Assembly (NCBI GenBank): GCA_035319685.1
Contig: DATHCE010000220.1
Location: 1-48,271, forward strand
Length of the DNA stretch: 48,271 nt
Reading direction: 5' to 3'
Origin: Bryobacteraceae bacterium
GTDB taxonomy: Bacteria > Acidobacteriota > Terriglobia > Bryobacterales > Bryobacteraceae
In this document: positions 36,164 through 45,066 of the stretch, piece by piece
How positions within the stretch are numbered: the first letter of the stretch is position 1
Layout of the letters: the number at the start of each line of letters is the position of its first letter
Notes under the pieces: model-generated
What the model was told of the DNA's origin: nothing
Seen by the model: the letters and a program-made list of their open reading frames with translations, nothing else
The model's database searches: none
Made by a program: the position numbers and the translations under genes

Positions 36164-36469
36164 TTATGGGACGTCGATGAGCACGTCGTCGCCTTCGGCC
36201 TTCACGGGAAATTTCGCCAGCCTGACGTTCTCGTCGTAGTCGTTGACGCCGGTGCGGCAATCGTATTCCCAGGCGTGCCAGGGGCAAATGAGACGGTCGC
36301 CGTCGATGATTCCTTCACCGAGCGGGCCGCCGGCATGCGGACAGACTCCGTAGTAGGCGTGCAGCTCGCCCGCGACGTTGCAAATCGCGTAGGTGTTCTC
36401 GCCCACCGCGGCTTCCATCACTGATCCGGGCGGAAGCGCCGCGAGCGAACCGACTTTCACAAAGGCCAT
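36164..36469 (-). CDS. Rieske [2Fe-2S] domain protein (small ferredoxin-type subunit)
   Basis: CPH..G and CPWH motifs (VCPHAGGPL, ICPWHAWEY). 101 aa. Confidence 0.85.
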   Translation of the reverse strand: MAFVKVGSLAALPPGSVMEAAVGENTYAICNVAGELHAYYGVCPHAGGPLGEGIIDGDRLICPWHAWEYDCRTGVNDYDENVRLAKFPVKAEGDDVLIDVP

Positions 36470-36524
36470 AACCCTTTTCTACCATGCGCGTCTTCAACCA
36501 CGCTATTTTTTTCACGTTGTGCTT

Positions 36525-36677
36525 TTATGCTTCAGTCTCCGGAGGCCGCTTGTGCTTTGGCTTCTTGCGCGCAGTTTTGGGAAGGATGGGACGCGCCGGT
36601 TTTACCGTGCCGATGCGCTCCCGGGCGATCGCCTTCACTTCCTTTTTCTGATCGAATTTGCGAACCCGTTTCTTCAT
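36525..36677 (-). CDS. small basic hypothetical protein (50 aa), not in the ORF track
   Basis: ATG at 36677. Translation is MKKRVRKFDQKKEVKAIARERIGTVKPARPILPKTARKKPKHKRPPETEA*. It is on the same strand and directly upstream of the Rieske-mutM genes. Confidence 0.4.
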   Translation of the reverse strand: MKKRVRKFDQKKEVKAIARERIGTVKPARPILPKTARKKPKHKRPPETEA

Positions 36678-36717
36678 GAGAGCGGTAAGGTGCTAAACTA
36701 ACCAACGAGGAGGCCCT

Positions 36718-36888
36718 ATGTTCCGTTCCATCGGGTTACCCGAGCTTTTGGTGATCCTCCTGGTCTTTATGGTGTTGTTCGGCGGCAAGAAACTGGCCGA
36801 CGTGGGCAAAGGACTGGGGGAAGGCATCCGCAACTTCAAGACTTCTTTGAAGGGCGATGAACATCCCGACGACAAGAAGCAGGGTTGA
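36718..36888 (+). CDS. tatA: twin-arginine translocase subunit TatA/TatE (56 aa; below the ORF-track cutoff)
   Basis: MFRSIGLPELLVILLVFMVLFGGKKLADVGKGLGEGIRNFKTSLKGDEHPDDKKQG*. It has the canonical TatA TM-hinge-amphipathic helix layout. GAGGAGG lies about 7 nt upstream. Confidence 0.85.
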   Translation: MFRSIGLPELLVILLVFMVLFGGKKLADVGKGLGEGIRNFKTSLKGDEHPDDKKQG

Positions 36889-36956
36889 GGCTTCCCGGCG
36901 CGCTCGAAGCGGAGAGCGGCGCCTAAATCGGCATCCCAAAATTTCAACACGCAAAT

Positions 36957-36995
36957 GAAAACCCCGCGCCGGCCGACGCCCACGCGGGGTTTTTC
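36957..36995. terminator. bidirectional rho-independent terminator between tatA and the HU gene
   Basis: gaaaa-ccccgcg-(ccggccgacgccca)-cgcgggg-ttttt. An A tract on one side and a T tract on the other serve both convergent genes. Confidence 0.7.
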
Positions 36996-37031
36996 ATTCT
37001 GCCCGGGCCCTGCCCGGTTAAATTGTGATCG

Positions 37032-37331
37032 CTACTTTTTCTTCGGTGGGACGATCGCGTCCTTCACCGCCTTGGCTACGCGGAATTTCACGACCTTCTT
37101 GGCCGGAATCTTGATGGCTTCGCCGGTCGCCGGGTTGCGGCCCATGCGCGCCTTGCGGTCCACGCGCACCAGCCGGCCAATGCCGGGAAGCACGCTTACT
37201 CCGTTCTTCTTCGTTTCGCGCACCGCCAGTTCTGCATAGGCGATCGTGAAGGATTTCGCCACTTTGTTCGGCACCCCTACGGCGCTGGCGAGTTCCTTCA
37301 CTAGCTGCGATTGCGTCATCTTTGCTGCCAT
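37032..37331 (-). CDS. hup: HU/IHF-family nucleoid DNA-binding protein
   Basis: ..MTQSQLVKELA.., ..GRNPATGEAIKIPAKKVVKFR.. and a Lys-rich tail. AAGGAG RBS upstream. Confidence 0.9.
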   Translation of the reverse strand: MAAKMTQSQLVKELASAVGVPNKVAKSFTIAYAELAVRETKKNGVSVLPGIGRLVRVDRKARMGRNPATGEAIKIPAKKVVKFRVAKAVKDAIVPPKKK

Positions 37332-37399
37332 ATTGCTCCTTTTGTCTGATTCTCCCGAAATGTACGTTTTTCGCGGCTTTTGGCCGCATTTGCTAGTTC

Positions 37400-37428
37400 A
37401 TCATAAGGGATCAGGAAACCCGCTGTAA
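37400..37428 (-). promoter_or_regulatory. candidate sigma70-type promoter of the HU gene
   Basis: Minus strand reads TTACAG, a 17-nt spacer, then TATGAT. It lies about 70 nt upstream of the ATG. Confidence 0.45.
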
Positions 37429-37510
37429 AGAGAAATGTGTGAAAAACATCGATATTTCGCGGGTTTCGCGCAGGTGGCACGGCGCGCGTTTGCCATGCGG
37501 CATGTTCGTT

Positions 37511-37539
37511 TTGCACTCGCATCCGGTCTTTGTTATTCT
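37511..37539 (+). promoter_or_regulatory. candidate sigma70-type promoter of the RNase H-like gene
   Basis: TTGCAC, a 17-nt spacer, then TATTCT. The -10 element ends 16 nt before ATG 37556. Confidence 0.35.
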
Positions 37540-37555
37540 GGCGAAGAACAGGCGA

Positions 37556-38818
37556 ATGAGCGATTTACAAGAACAGCTCGCCGAATTGAGACAGCGCGTC
37601 GCGCGGATTAACTCGAAGTATGACGCTCCCGCGCCGGCGTGCGAGAGCCCGGATTCTCCTGCGCTTGCGCGCCCGGCGTTTCATTACGTCGAGGAGTGGC
37701 TGACCGGCTCCGAGATCGAAACCGAATACGGAAAACATTTCGAGACGGAAAAGGTTTACGAGCATTATCGCCGCCACGGCAGCGCCGAAATCGGCGCGCT
37801 CATCGATCTTCCGCACGACCTGCTCGACCCGCTTTCGAGCGGCCAGATGCCCCACGCATCTCCCGAACAATGGGCATTCCTGGATACGGAAACCACCGGG
37901 CTTGCGGGCGGCACCGGCACGTGCGCATTCCTGGTGGGCGTCGGCCGGATCACCCGCGAAGGCTTCCATGTCCGCCAATTTTTCATGCGCGATTACGGCG
38001 AGGAAGCGAGCCTGCTCGATGCGCTGACGCGTCACCTGGCGCCGTTCCGGGTGCTGATTACCTACAACGGCCGCGCCTTCGATCAGCCGCTGCTCGAGAC
38101 GCGCTATCGCCTGAATCGCGCTCGCCCGCCGTTTTCGAATCTGGATCATCTGGATCTGCTGTACGGCGCGCGGCGCCTCTGGAAGCTGCGCTTCGATAGT
38201 TGCCGGCTGGTGGATTTAGAAAACCAGGTGCTGGGCGTGGAAAGGCACGGAGACATGCCCGGCGCGCTGATCCCGTACGTCTACTTCGAATATCTCCGTA
38301 CGCGCCAGGCCGCGCGTATCCTGCCCGTGTTCGAGCACAATGCGACGGACATTCTCACGCTCGCCTGCCTGACCGGAATTGTCCCTTACGCGTTCCAGGA
38401 TGCGGCGAGCGCGTCGTTAAAGCACGGAGCGGAAATGGCGGGCATTGCACGCTGGCTGCGCGAGGCCGGCGAAATGGAGCAGTCGCTCGCCCTGTTCCGC
38501 CGCGCCATCGACGCCGGCCTCGCCGACGATCTGTTGTTCCGCACGATGTGGGACGTCGCGATGCTCGAGCGCAGGCATGGATCGATGGACCGGGCGCTCG
38601 AGACATGGAACGATCTCGGGTCGGCGAAAAATCCGTTTCGCGTTCGTGCGCTCGAAGAGCTGGCCAAGCATCACGAGCATGCGGAGAAGAATTACGAACG
38701 GGCGATGGAGTTCACTCGCGCAGCGCTGGAGCTCGAAGAATCGCCGGAGCTGCGGAAGCGCGAAGCAAGAATTAGCCGCAGATTAACGCGGACGCACGCG
38801 CATCGGAAAAAAGCATAG
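37556..38818 (+). CDS. RNase H-like (YprB/PolB-exonuclease-like) domain protein with helical C-terminal repeat region
   Basis: ..AFLDTETTGLAGGTG.. and ..ITYNGRAFDQPLL.. are exonuclease motifs, followed by a TPR-like tail. The start is set at MSDLQEQL (ATG 37556). The track ORF starts at 37439. Confidence 0.7.
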   Translation: MSDLQEQLAELRQRVARINSKYDAPAPACESPDSPALARPAFHYVEEWLTGSEIETEYGKHFETEKVYEHYRRHGSAEIGALIDLPHDLLDPLSSGQMPHASPEQWAFLDTETTGLAGGTGTCAFLVGVGRITREGFHVRQFFMRDYGEEASLLDALTRHLAPFRVLITYNGRAFDQPLLETRYRLNRARPPFSNLDHLDLLYGARRLWKLRFDSCRLVDLENQVLGVERHGDMPGALIPYVYFEYLRTRQAARILPVFEHNATDILTLACLTGIVPYAFQDAASASLKHGAEMAGIARWLREAGEMEQSLALFRRAIDAGLADDLLFRTMWDVAMLERRHGSMDRALETWNDLGSAKNPFRVRALEELAKHHEHAEKNYERAMEFTRAALELEESPELRKREARISRRLTRTHAHRKKA

Positions 38819-38845
38819 ATTGTCGCCTATCGGCCGCCAAGCGCT

Positions 38846-40651
38846 CTACGCCCCCGCCGCGGATTCTTTCTCTTTGTCCCAGCTCTCGAACGTCTTGCCC
38901 GCCGCGGCGAGTTTCTGGAGCAGCGGCGCGGGCGCCCATAGATCCGATCCGTGGCGCTTTTCGAACTCCTCGATCTTCGCGAGCACTTTATCGAGGCCGA
39001 TGGTGTCGGCGTAAAACATCGGGCCGCCGCGCCAGGCCGGGAAGCCGTAGCCGTTCAGATACACGATGTCGATATCGACGGCGCGCAGCGCGATGCCTTC
39101 CTCTAAAATCCGCGCGCCTTCGTTTACCAGCGCATAAATGGTCCGCTCGATAATTTCTTCATTCGAGATGCTGCGGCGCTCGATGCCATATTGTTTGGCG
39201 ACCTTTTCGATCACCGCGGTCACTTCCGGATCGGGAGACGGCTTGCGATTCTCGTCGTATTTGTACCAGCCTTTGCCGGTCTTTTGTCCGTAGCGGCCGA
39301 GCTCGCACAGCTCGTCGGCGACGTGCGGAACACGCACGCCGGGTTTTTCGAGATGCTTGAATTCCTTGCGAATGCGCCAGCCGACGTCGAGCCCGGCCAG
39401 ATCGCCCATGGCGAGCGGTCCCATGGCCAGGCCGAACTCATAAATCGCGTGATCCACTGCTTCCGGCGCCGCGCCTTCCTCCACCAGGAACTGCGCTTCT
39501 CGCCCGTAACAATGAATCATGCGGTTGCCGATGAAGCCGCGGCAATTGCCCGCGAGCACGCCCACCTTGTTCAGCTTCTTGGCGAGCGCCATGGAAGTCG
39601 CGATCACTTCTTTGCTGGTTTGGGCGCCGCGAACGATTTCGAGCAGCCGCATCACGTTGGCCGGACTAAAAAAATGATGACCGATCACCATTTGCGGCCG
39701 CGAGGTCGCCGAGGCAATCTCGTCGATGCTCAGCGTCGAAGTATTGGAGGCGAGAATGCAATCCGGCTTGGCGATTTTGTCCATTTCGCCGAAGATCTGC
39801 TTCTTGAGCGCCATGCCTTCAAAGACCGCTTCGACGATGATATCGGCCTGCTCGAAGCCCGAGTAGGTCAATTGCGGAGTGATCAGCGCCATCCGCTGAT
39901 CCATCAGATCTTGCGAAAATCGACCCTTTTTCACCGAATTTTCGTAATTCTTTCGAATGATCGCCAGGCCGCGGTCGAGTGCGTCCTGAGCCGCTTCCTT
40001 GACGATCACGGGAATGCCGGCGTTGGCGTAGTTCATGGCGATGCCGCCGCCCATCGTGCCCGCGCCGATGATCGCCGCGCGGCGGATGTCGTAAATCTTC
40101 GTGTCTTTCGGGATATCCGGGATTTTCGAAACGGCGCGCTCGCCGAAAAACCCGTGGATCAGAGCTTTCGATTGCGTCGAGAACAGGCACACGCGGAAAA
40201 TTTCCGCTTCGCGATCGCAGCCGTCGGAAAAATTCAGTCGCGTAGCCGCTTCCACCGCGTCGATCGCCGCCAAGGGAGCCTTCTGACCGCGCCGCGTCTT
40301 GCGCGCCTGCTCGCGGGCGAGCGCGAAAATCGCGGTATTGCCCGAGGCGTCCTGCAATTTTTCATTGCGCTCGCGGGTTTTGAGCGCCAGGTTTCCGGCG
40401 ACGCCTCTGGCGAATTCGGCGGCCCCGGTCAGCAGATCGCCCTCGATAATCTTGTCGACGATGCCCGCCGCGAGGGCCGACTTCGCGTCAATGGGCTCGC
40501 CGAACGCGCACATCTCCACCGCTTTGGCGACACCCGCCAGACGCGGCAGCCTCTGCGTGCCCGCCGCGCCGGGAATAATACCAAGCTTTACTTCCGGCTG
40601 GCCGACCTGCGCCGTCGGCGCCGCCACGCGATAGTGACCGGACATCGCCAC
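38846..40651 (-). CDS. 3-hydroxyacyl-CoA dehydrogenase / C-terminal part of enoyl-CoA hydratase (FadB/FadJ-like); downstream piece of a gene interrupted by an in-frame TGA
   Basis: ..GIIPGAAGTQRLPR.. is the end of the crotonase fold. The NAD-binding motif is IGAGTMGGGIA and 3HCDH domains follow. The reading frame is continuous with 40658..40978 apart from the TGA at 40660-40658. Confidence 0.85.
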   Translation of the reverse strand: MAMSGHYRVAAPTAQVGQPEVKLGIIPGAAGTQRLPRLAGVAKAVEMCAFGEPIDAKSALAAGIVDKIIEGDLLTGAAEFARGVAGNLALKTRERNEKLQDASGNTAIFALAREQARKTRRGQKAPLAAIDAVEAATRLNFSDGCDREAEIFRVCLFSTQSKALIHGFFGERAVSKIPDIPKDTKIYDIRRAAIIGAGTMGGGIAMNYANAGIPVIVKEAAQDALDRGLAIIRKNYENSVKKGRFSQDLMDQRMALITPQLTYSGFEQADIIVEAVFEGMALKKQIFGEMDKIAKPDCILASNTSTLSIDEIASATSRPQMVIGHHFFSPANVMRLLEIVRGAQTSKEVIATSMALAKKLNKVGVLAGNCRGFIGNRMIHCYGREAQFLVEEGAAPEAVDHAIYEFGLAMGPLAMGDLAGLDVGWRIRKEFKHLEKPGVRVPHVADELCELGRYGQKTGKGWYKYDENRKPSPDPEVTAVIEKVAKQYGIERRSISNEEIIERTIYALVNEGARILEEGIALRAVDIDIVYLNGYGFPAWRGGPMFYADTIGLDKVLAKIEEFEKRHGSDLWAPAPLLQKLAAAGKTFESWDKEKESAAGA

Positions 40652-40657
40652 TTCCAG

Positions 40658-40978
40658 TCACCCGCCGAAGGCGGTTCCGTGGATCGCCATCACCACCGGT
40701 TTTTTCGAATCCTCAATGTGATTCAGCGCCGCATACAAGGAAAGCCGCGGCCGCTCGCCGGAGGTGATCTTTCCGAACTCCTTAATATCCGCGCCGGCGA
40801 TGAACGTACGGCCGCCGCCGATGACGACGATAGCGCGCACCTCCGGATCGGCCTCGGCCGCCTCGATTGCGGCCACGATTCCTTCGGGGACTCCCGGGCT
40901 CAACGCGTTCACCGGCGGATTATTGATCGTGACGACGCCAATCTCGCCGTGACGTGTAAAATCGACTAGTTCGCTCAT
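40658..40978 (-). pseudogene. N-terminal enoyl-CoA hydratase (crotonase) fragment of the same interrupted fadB-like gene
   Basis: MSELVDFTRHGEIGVVTINNPPVNALS..FIAGADIKEF..VMAIHGTAFGG then TGA then LEVAMSGHYRVA. The stop replaces the third Gly of the conserved GGG(L/C)E motif. Confidence 0.8.
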
Positions 40979-41007
40979 AGTGGCACTTCTATCGTATAAA
41001 AATACAT

Positions 41008-41532
41008 ATGAGATTGTTTTTCACGGCAGCGCTTGCTTGCGCCGCCCTTTCCTTATCCGCGCAAGGTCTTTCCGCGCAGACTTTATCCGGAAGACGCGCC
41101 CCGAGCTTTTCGCTTCCCGATTCGAGCTTCACCCAGCACGACATCCTCGACTATCGCGGCCGCTGGCTGATCATCGATTTCATGAAGACCGATTGCCCGC
41201 ATTGCAAGGCGCTCACCAAGACGCTCGAAACAGTGAAGGCAAAGTACGGCGAGAAGATCGCGATTCTCTCGGTGGTGGTTCCGCCCGATAACATGGCGAC
41301 CGTGGCGCGATACATCGCCGACAATCACGTCACGGCGCCCATCGTGTTCGATGGGAGCCAGGTCGCGGCGTCCTACTTCAAGATTACGCCGACCAACGGA
41401 GGCCACTTCGATACGCCGCACTGGTTCGCCATCGACCCGAGCGGCATGATCGCGCATGACTGGGGCCAGCCGAGCGCCGACAGTGCGGAATGGACCAAAC
41501 AGCTTGACACCCTGATCGCGGCCCGCAAATAG
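41008..41532 (+). CDS. TlpA/ResA-like periplasmic thiol-disulfide oxidoreductase (redoxin family)
   Basis: Signal peptide, CXXC active site (TDCPHCK) and thioredoxin-fold length. Confidence 0.85.
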   Translation: MRLFFTAALACAALSLSAQGLSAQTLSGRRAPSFSLPDSSFTQHDILDYRGRWLIIDFMKTDCPHCKALTKTLETVKAKYGEKIAILSVVVPPDNMATVARYIADNHVTAPIVFDGSQVAASYFKITPTNGGHFDTPHWFAIDPSGMIAHDWGQPSADSAEWTKQLDTLIAARK

Positions 41533-41584
41533 AGTACTAAAGAGGAACCCCTAGACTGCCGATGATCGAAGCAGCGCGCAATTT

Positions 41585-43198
41585 GTGCGCCTTCACGCCG
41601 TGCAGAATGCCCAGCAGATTTCACCCGAACTGGCCGATGCCGCCGATGTATTGAGCGATCAGCTGCGCGAGCATTTGCAGCGTCTGGCCGTGCTGCTGGA
41701 GCCGCACACGGATAAAATCGACCGCCGCTTTCTGCGCCGGCTGCGCGAGCTGGAATTTCAGCCGACCCAACGCAGCGCGCTGGCGGCGATCACGCCGGGC
41801 GCGGCGGCGCGCATCCTGGCCGACGGACGTCCGCCGCTGGAATTCATCGAACAGGTGGAGTACAACGGGCGCCGGCTGGCAAAGCTGAATCTTCCGCCGA
41901 GTTCGATTCTGGAGGCGCTGGAGGAGTACGACCGGCTGCTCACGCCGATGCTTCAGTCCCTGGTTGACGACGAGCACGCCAACTTTCAGTGGGTGCGCGA
42001 ACAGCTTCATTTCTGCGTCATCCTGACGCTGAACAACGCCTACTACCAGGTTCGCGAGGCCGAGACGCAGGCGTTCTACGAATTGTTCCGGGTGGAGCTG
42101 GAGTCGCGCAATCTGGACGAACTGTTGCGGCGGTTCCTCGAATCGCTCGTGCATGTGTGCCGCGCCGACGCAGGCCGGCTCTACCTGCTGAATGAGGACG
42201 CGACGGAGTGGGTGCTGCAGGCCGGCGCGCCGAACCCGGCGGCGTTTTCGGTTCCGAATCGTCCCGGCCTCAGAAAAAAATTATCGAAACCGCGTCATCT
42301 GAACGGCGACGGGCATTCCTCCGGCGTGCTGCTCGATCCCAACTGGCAGGATCGTTACGCGTCGTGCTGGTCGATTCCGCTGGCGACCGACGGGCGGACG
42401 GCGGGCGTGATGCAGTTCGGATTCGTCAAGGCCTACGAGTGGCTTCCGCGCGAGCAGGAACTGCTGGCCGCCGCCGCCGAGCGCTGCCTGATGGCCGCGC
42501 AAAAGCAGCGGCTCATGGAAAACCTTGCACAGCGCGAGGAGCAGGTCAGAAGGCTCGCCGAACACATGCTGCACGTCGAGGAAATGGAGCGCCGCCGCAT
42601 CAGCCGCGAGCTTCACGACGAAGCCGGCCAGAGCCTGCTGTGCATCCGCCTGCAAATGGAATTGATCGAGCAGGCGCTGCCGGAGAGCGAAGGCGAATGG
42701 CGCCTGAAACTGCGCGAAGCGCGCGACCTTACGGAACGGACCATCCTGGAGATGCGCCGCCTGATTGCCGCACTGAGTCCCGCCGTGCTCGAACAACTCG
42801 GCCTGGGCGCGGCGCTGCGCCAGCTGGTGAACCGGTTTCAGCGGCTGCATCCGTGCCGCGTAAAGCTCCAGCTGTCGAAGATGGGGGCGCTGCCGCAACA
42901 GATCGAGATCATCGCCTATCGTCTGGTGCAGGAATGCTTTAACAACATCGGGAAGCACTCCGGCGCCACACATGTAAACATTTACCTGGCTTCCGCCGAT
43001 GGACTGCTCAAGCTGACAGTCGAGGATAACGGCGTGGGCTTCAATGTGGAGGAGGCCATGGCGAAGCGGGAATCCTTCGGCATGTCGGGCATGCGCGAGC
43101 GTGTCGCGCTGTTGGGCGGCGATTTCCAGGTGGAGAGCCGGATGGAAGGTAATAAGAGGGGTACAAAGATTTCCATAGAATTGCCGATAGCTAAGTAG
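41585..43198 (+). CDS. cytoplasmic sensor histidine kinase, GAF + HisKA_3 + HATPase_c
   Basis: H-box ERRRISRELHDEAGQSL, N-box QECFNNIGKHS and G-boxes DNGVGF and GMSGMRER. No TM segment is seen. Confidence 0.85.
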   Translation: MRLHAVQNAQQISPELADAADVLSDQLREHLQRLAVLLEPHTDKIDRRFLRRLRELEFQPTQRSALAAITPGAAARILADGRPPLEFIEQVEYNGRRLAKLNLPPSSILEALEEYDRLLTPMLQSLVDDEHANFQWVREQLHFCVILTLNNAYYQVREAETQAFYELFRVELESRNLDELLRRFLESLVHVCRADAGRLYLLNEDATEWVLQAGAPNPAAFSVPNRPGLRKKLSKPRHLNGDGHSSGVLLDPNWQDRYASCWSIPLATDGRTAGVMQFGFVKAYEWLPREQELLAAAAERCLMAAQKQRLMENLAQREEQVRRLAEHMLHVEEMERRRISRELHDEAGQSLLCIRLQMELIEQALPESEGEWRLKLREARDLTERTILEMRRLIAALSPAVLEQLGLGAALRQLVNRFQRLHPCRVKLQLSKMGALPQQIEIIAYRLVQECFNNIGKHSGATHVNIYLASADGLLKLTVEDNGVGFNVEEAMAKRESFGMSGMRERVALLGGDFQVESRMEGNKRGTKISIELPIAK

Positions 43199-43271
43199 GT
43201 AGGGTCGCGTAATACCGCATCGGGCGCGCTACCCAGTAGGACCGAATTCGAGAAAGTCGGGCACAAACGTT

Positions 43272-43937
43272 ATGGCGAAGATTCGAATCATGCTGGCGGA
43301 CGATCACACTCTGTTCCGTCAAGGCATCCGAACCCTGATTTCGGCCGAGCCGGACATGGAAGTTGTCGGCGAGGCCTCCAACGGCGGCGATGCCGTTGAA
43401 AAAGCAAACGAAGCGCGTCCGGACGTGGTGCTCATGGACATCGGCATGCCAGGCCTGTCCAGCTTCGAAGCCACGCGGCAGATCAAAAAGAACCGGCCCG
43501 AGACCAAGGTCCTGTTTCTGACCATGTACGACGACGAAGATTATCTGGTCGAGGGCATGGAGGTCGGCGCCAGCGGATACGTCCTCAAGGACAGCCCGAG
43601 CCAGCAACTGGTGGCTGCGGTTCGCGACGTATGCCGCGGCGGCAGCTATCTTTCGCCGCGCATGCTGTCGCAACTGGTGGACGACTTCCGCAGCCGCATC
43701 AAGTCGGCCAACCGGCTTCCCCGATTCGCGACGCTGACCACTCGCGAACGGGAGGTGCTGAAGATGCTCGCCGAAGGAAATTCCGTCAAAGAGATCGCCT
43801 GCGATTTGAATCTCAGCGTGAAAACTGTGGAGGCGCACAAGTTCAACCTGATGCGCAAGCTCGATATCCACAATAAAGCGCAACTGGTGCAGTACGCGAT
43901 TCAGAAAAAGATCATTAAGATTCCGAACCTCGTTTAA
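43272..43937 (+). CDS. NarL/FixJ-family response regulator (receiver + LuxR-type HTH)
   Basis: MLADDH..VVLMDIGMPG..LTMYDD.. and LTTREREVLKMLAEGNSVKEIA. Confidence 0.9.
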   Translation: MAKIRIMLADDHTLFRQGIRTLISAEPDMEVVGEASNGGDAVEKANEARPDVVLMDIGMPGLSSFEATRQIKKNRPETKVLFLTMYDDEDYLVEGMEVGASGYVLKDSPSQQLVAAVRDVCRGGSYLSPRMLSQLVDDFRSRIKSANRLPRFATLTTREREVLKMLAEGNSVKEIACDLNLSVKTVEAHKFNLMRKLDIHNKAQLVQYAIQKKIIKIPNLV

Positions 43938-44605
43938 GAGGATTCCGGCGTCGTCCTTTTCTGAAAACGTGAAACGTCGAACCGGCCGATCCCTTCTTTC
44001 AGGCGCGGATCGTCGACGGGCTCGCCGGCCTGCATTCGCACCGGAACCACTCCCGCCCACACCGGCAGCGAATAATCCTCTTCATCGTCCATCGGCGGAC
44101 CGCTGCGCATTTTCGCGGAGACCTCGTTCAGCGGGATCGCGAGCACCGTGGTTGCCTTCAACTCCTGCTCGGTCGGAGGACGAATCTCGTCCCATCGTTC
44201 CGGCACGATGTGGTTGGTGATGGCGCGCAGCGCCGCCAGCTTTTCCTCCGCGCCCGAAACCACGCGGGCCTTCCCCAGCGCCACCACCGAACGGTAATTC
44301 ATCGAATGATGAAATCCGGATCTGGCGAGCACCAATCCGTCGAGCAGTGTCACGGTCACGCAAACATCCACGCCCGCACCGAGCGTGCGCACCATCCGGC
44401 TTACGGCCGAGCCGTGGATGTAAAGCTGGTCGCCCGATCTCGCGTATCCGGTCGGAATCACGAATGGCTGGCCGTCGACGACGAATCCGATGTGGCACAG
44501 GAACGCTTCATCGAGGATCGAATAAATGGTCGCGGCATCGAAGGTGCCGCGCGTGGGATAACGGCGCAGTTGAGTCCGCTGGGTGGGCGTGAACGCTTGC
44601 ATCAT
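43934..44605 (-). CDS. pyridoxamine 5'-phosphate oxidase-family (FMN-binding split barrel) protein
   Basis: ..RRYPTRGTFDAATIYSILDEAFLCHIGFVVDGQPFVIPT..IHGS.. is typical of the Pyridox_ox_2/NimA-like family. Confidence 0.75.
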   Translation of the reverse strand: MMQAFTPTQRTQLRRYPTRGTFDAATIYSILDEAFLCHIGFVVDGQPFVIPTGYARSGDQLYIHGSAVSRMVRTLGAGVDVCVTVTLLDGLVLARSGFHHSMNYRSVVALGKARVVSGAEEKLAALRAITNHIVPERWDEIRPPTEQELKATTVLAIPLNEVSAKMRSGPPMDDEEDYSLPVWAGVVPVRMQAGEPVDDPRLKEGIGRFDVSRFQKRTTPESS

Positions 44606-44632
44606 TCCACTGTAGCGAAACGCCCGCGCGGA

Positions 44633-44926
44633 TTACCGCCAGTAGCCTTGGTGGAAGCGGTAGCGCCCGCCTGCGCGCTCCCATCGCGGCGCCACCCAAA
44701 TGGCATGCCGGTGCGGCGGCACGACCCAGCGCCCTGGCACCCAGACGTGTGCTCCGCCGCCCCATCCCCAATAACCTCCGACCCAAACGTATCCAGGCCC
44801 AGGCGCGTAACCCATCACCTCGGCTCGCACCGGCGGCGGAGGGACGTTCGCATAATAAACCGCGCCGCCTCCGCAGGCGACCATCGCAACCGCGGAGAAA
44901 ACTAGAACCAGCATTGTACGCTTCAT
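44633..44926 (-). CDS. YXWGXW-repeat lipoprotein
   Basis: Start at MKRTMLVLVFSAVAMVACGG (lipobox). Repeats GYVWVGGYWGW, WVPGRWV and HQGYW. Confidence 0.7.
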   Translation of the reverse strand: MKRTMLVLVFSAVAMVACGGGAVYYANVPPPPVRAEVMGYAPGPGYVWVGGYWGWGGGAHVWVPGRWVVPPHRHAIWVAPRWERAGGRYRFHQGYWR

Positions 44927-45066
44927 CGCAACTTGCCTCCTGTCTATCAAACGCAGTGCGATTCCGCGGTGTTGCTCCCTTTCATGGAGCATTAATGTAG
45001 ACCAATTTTCATGTAACGGTTTACGGAGCCGGCTTCCTCGCGAGCCCCGTCCGCCAGTCAAGTCCG

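Noticed and set aside
36393-36701. 102-aa plus-strand ORF between the Rieske and tatA genes.
   Set aside because: It overlaps the Rieske gene start and is antisense to the more plausible 50-aa basic ORF. It has no motifs and odd composition.
40658-40660. TGA reassigned to Gly (genetic code 25) or to selenocysteine, as an explanation for the in-frame stop in the fadB-like gene.
   Set aside because: TGA terminates several well-supported genes in this window, for example xfp at 17008-17010, the permease at 3930-3932 and the mtrA-like gene at 23316-23318. No other conserved position carries TGA, and a Gly of the oxyanion-hole motif is not a Sec site.
40981-40996. Sigma54-like element TGGCAC-N5-TCGTA upstream of the TlpA-like gene.
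   Set aside because: The invariant GC of the -12 box is missing (GT instead), and no enhancer-binding protein gene is nearby.
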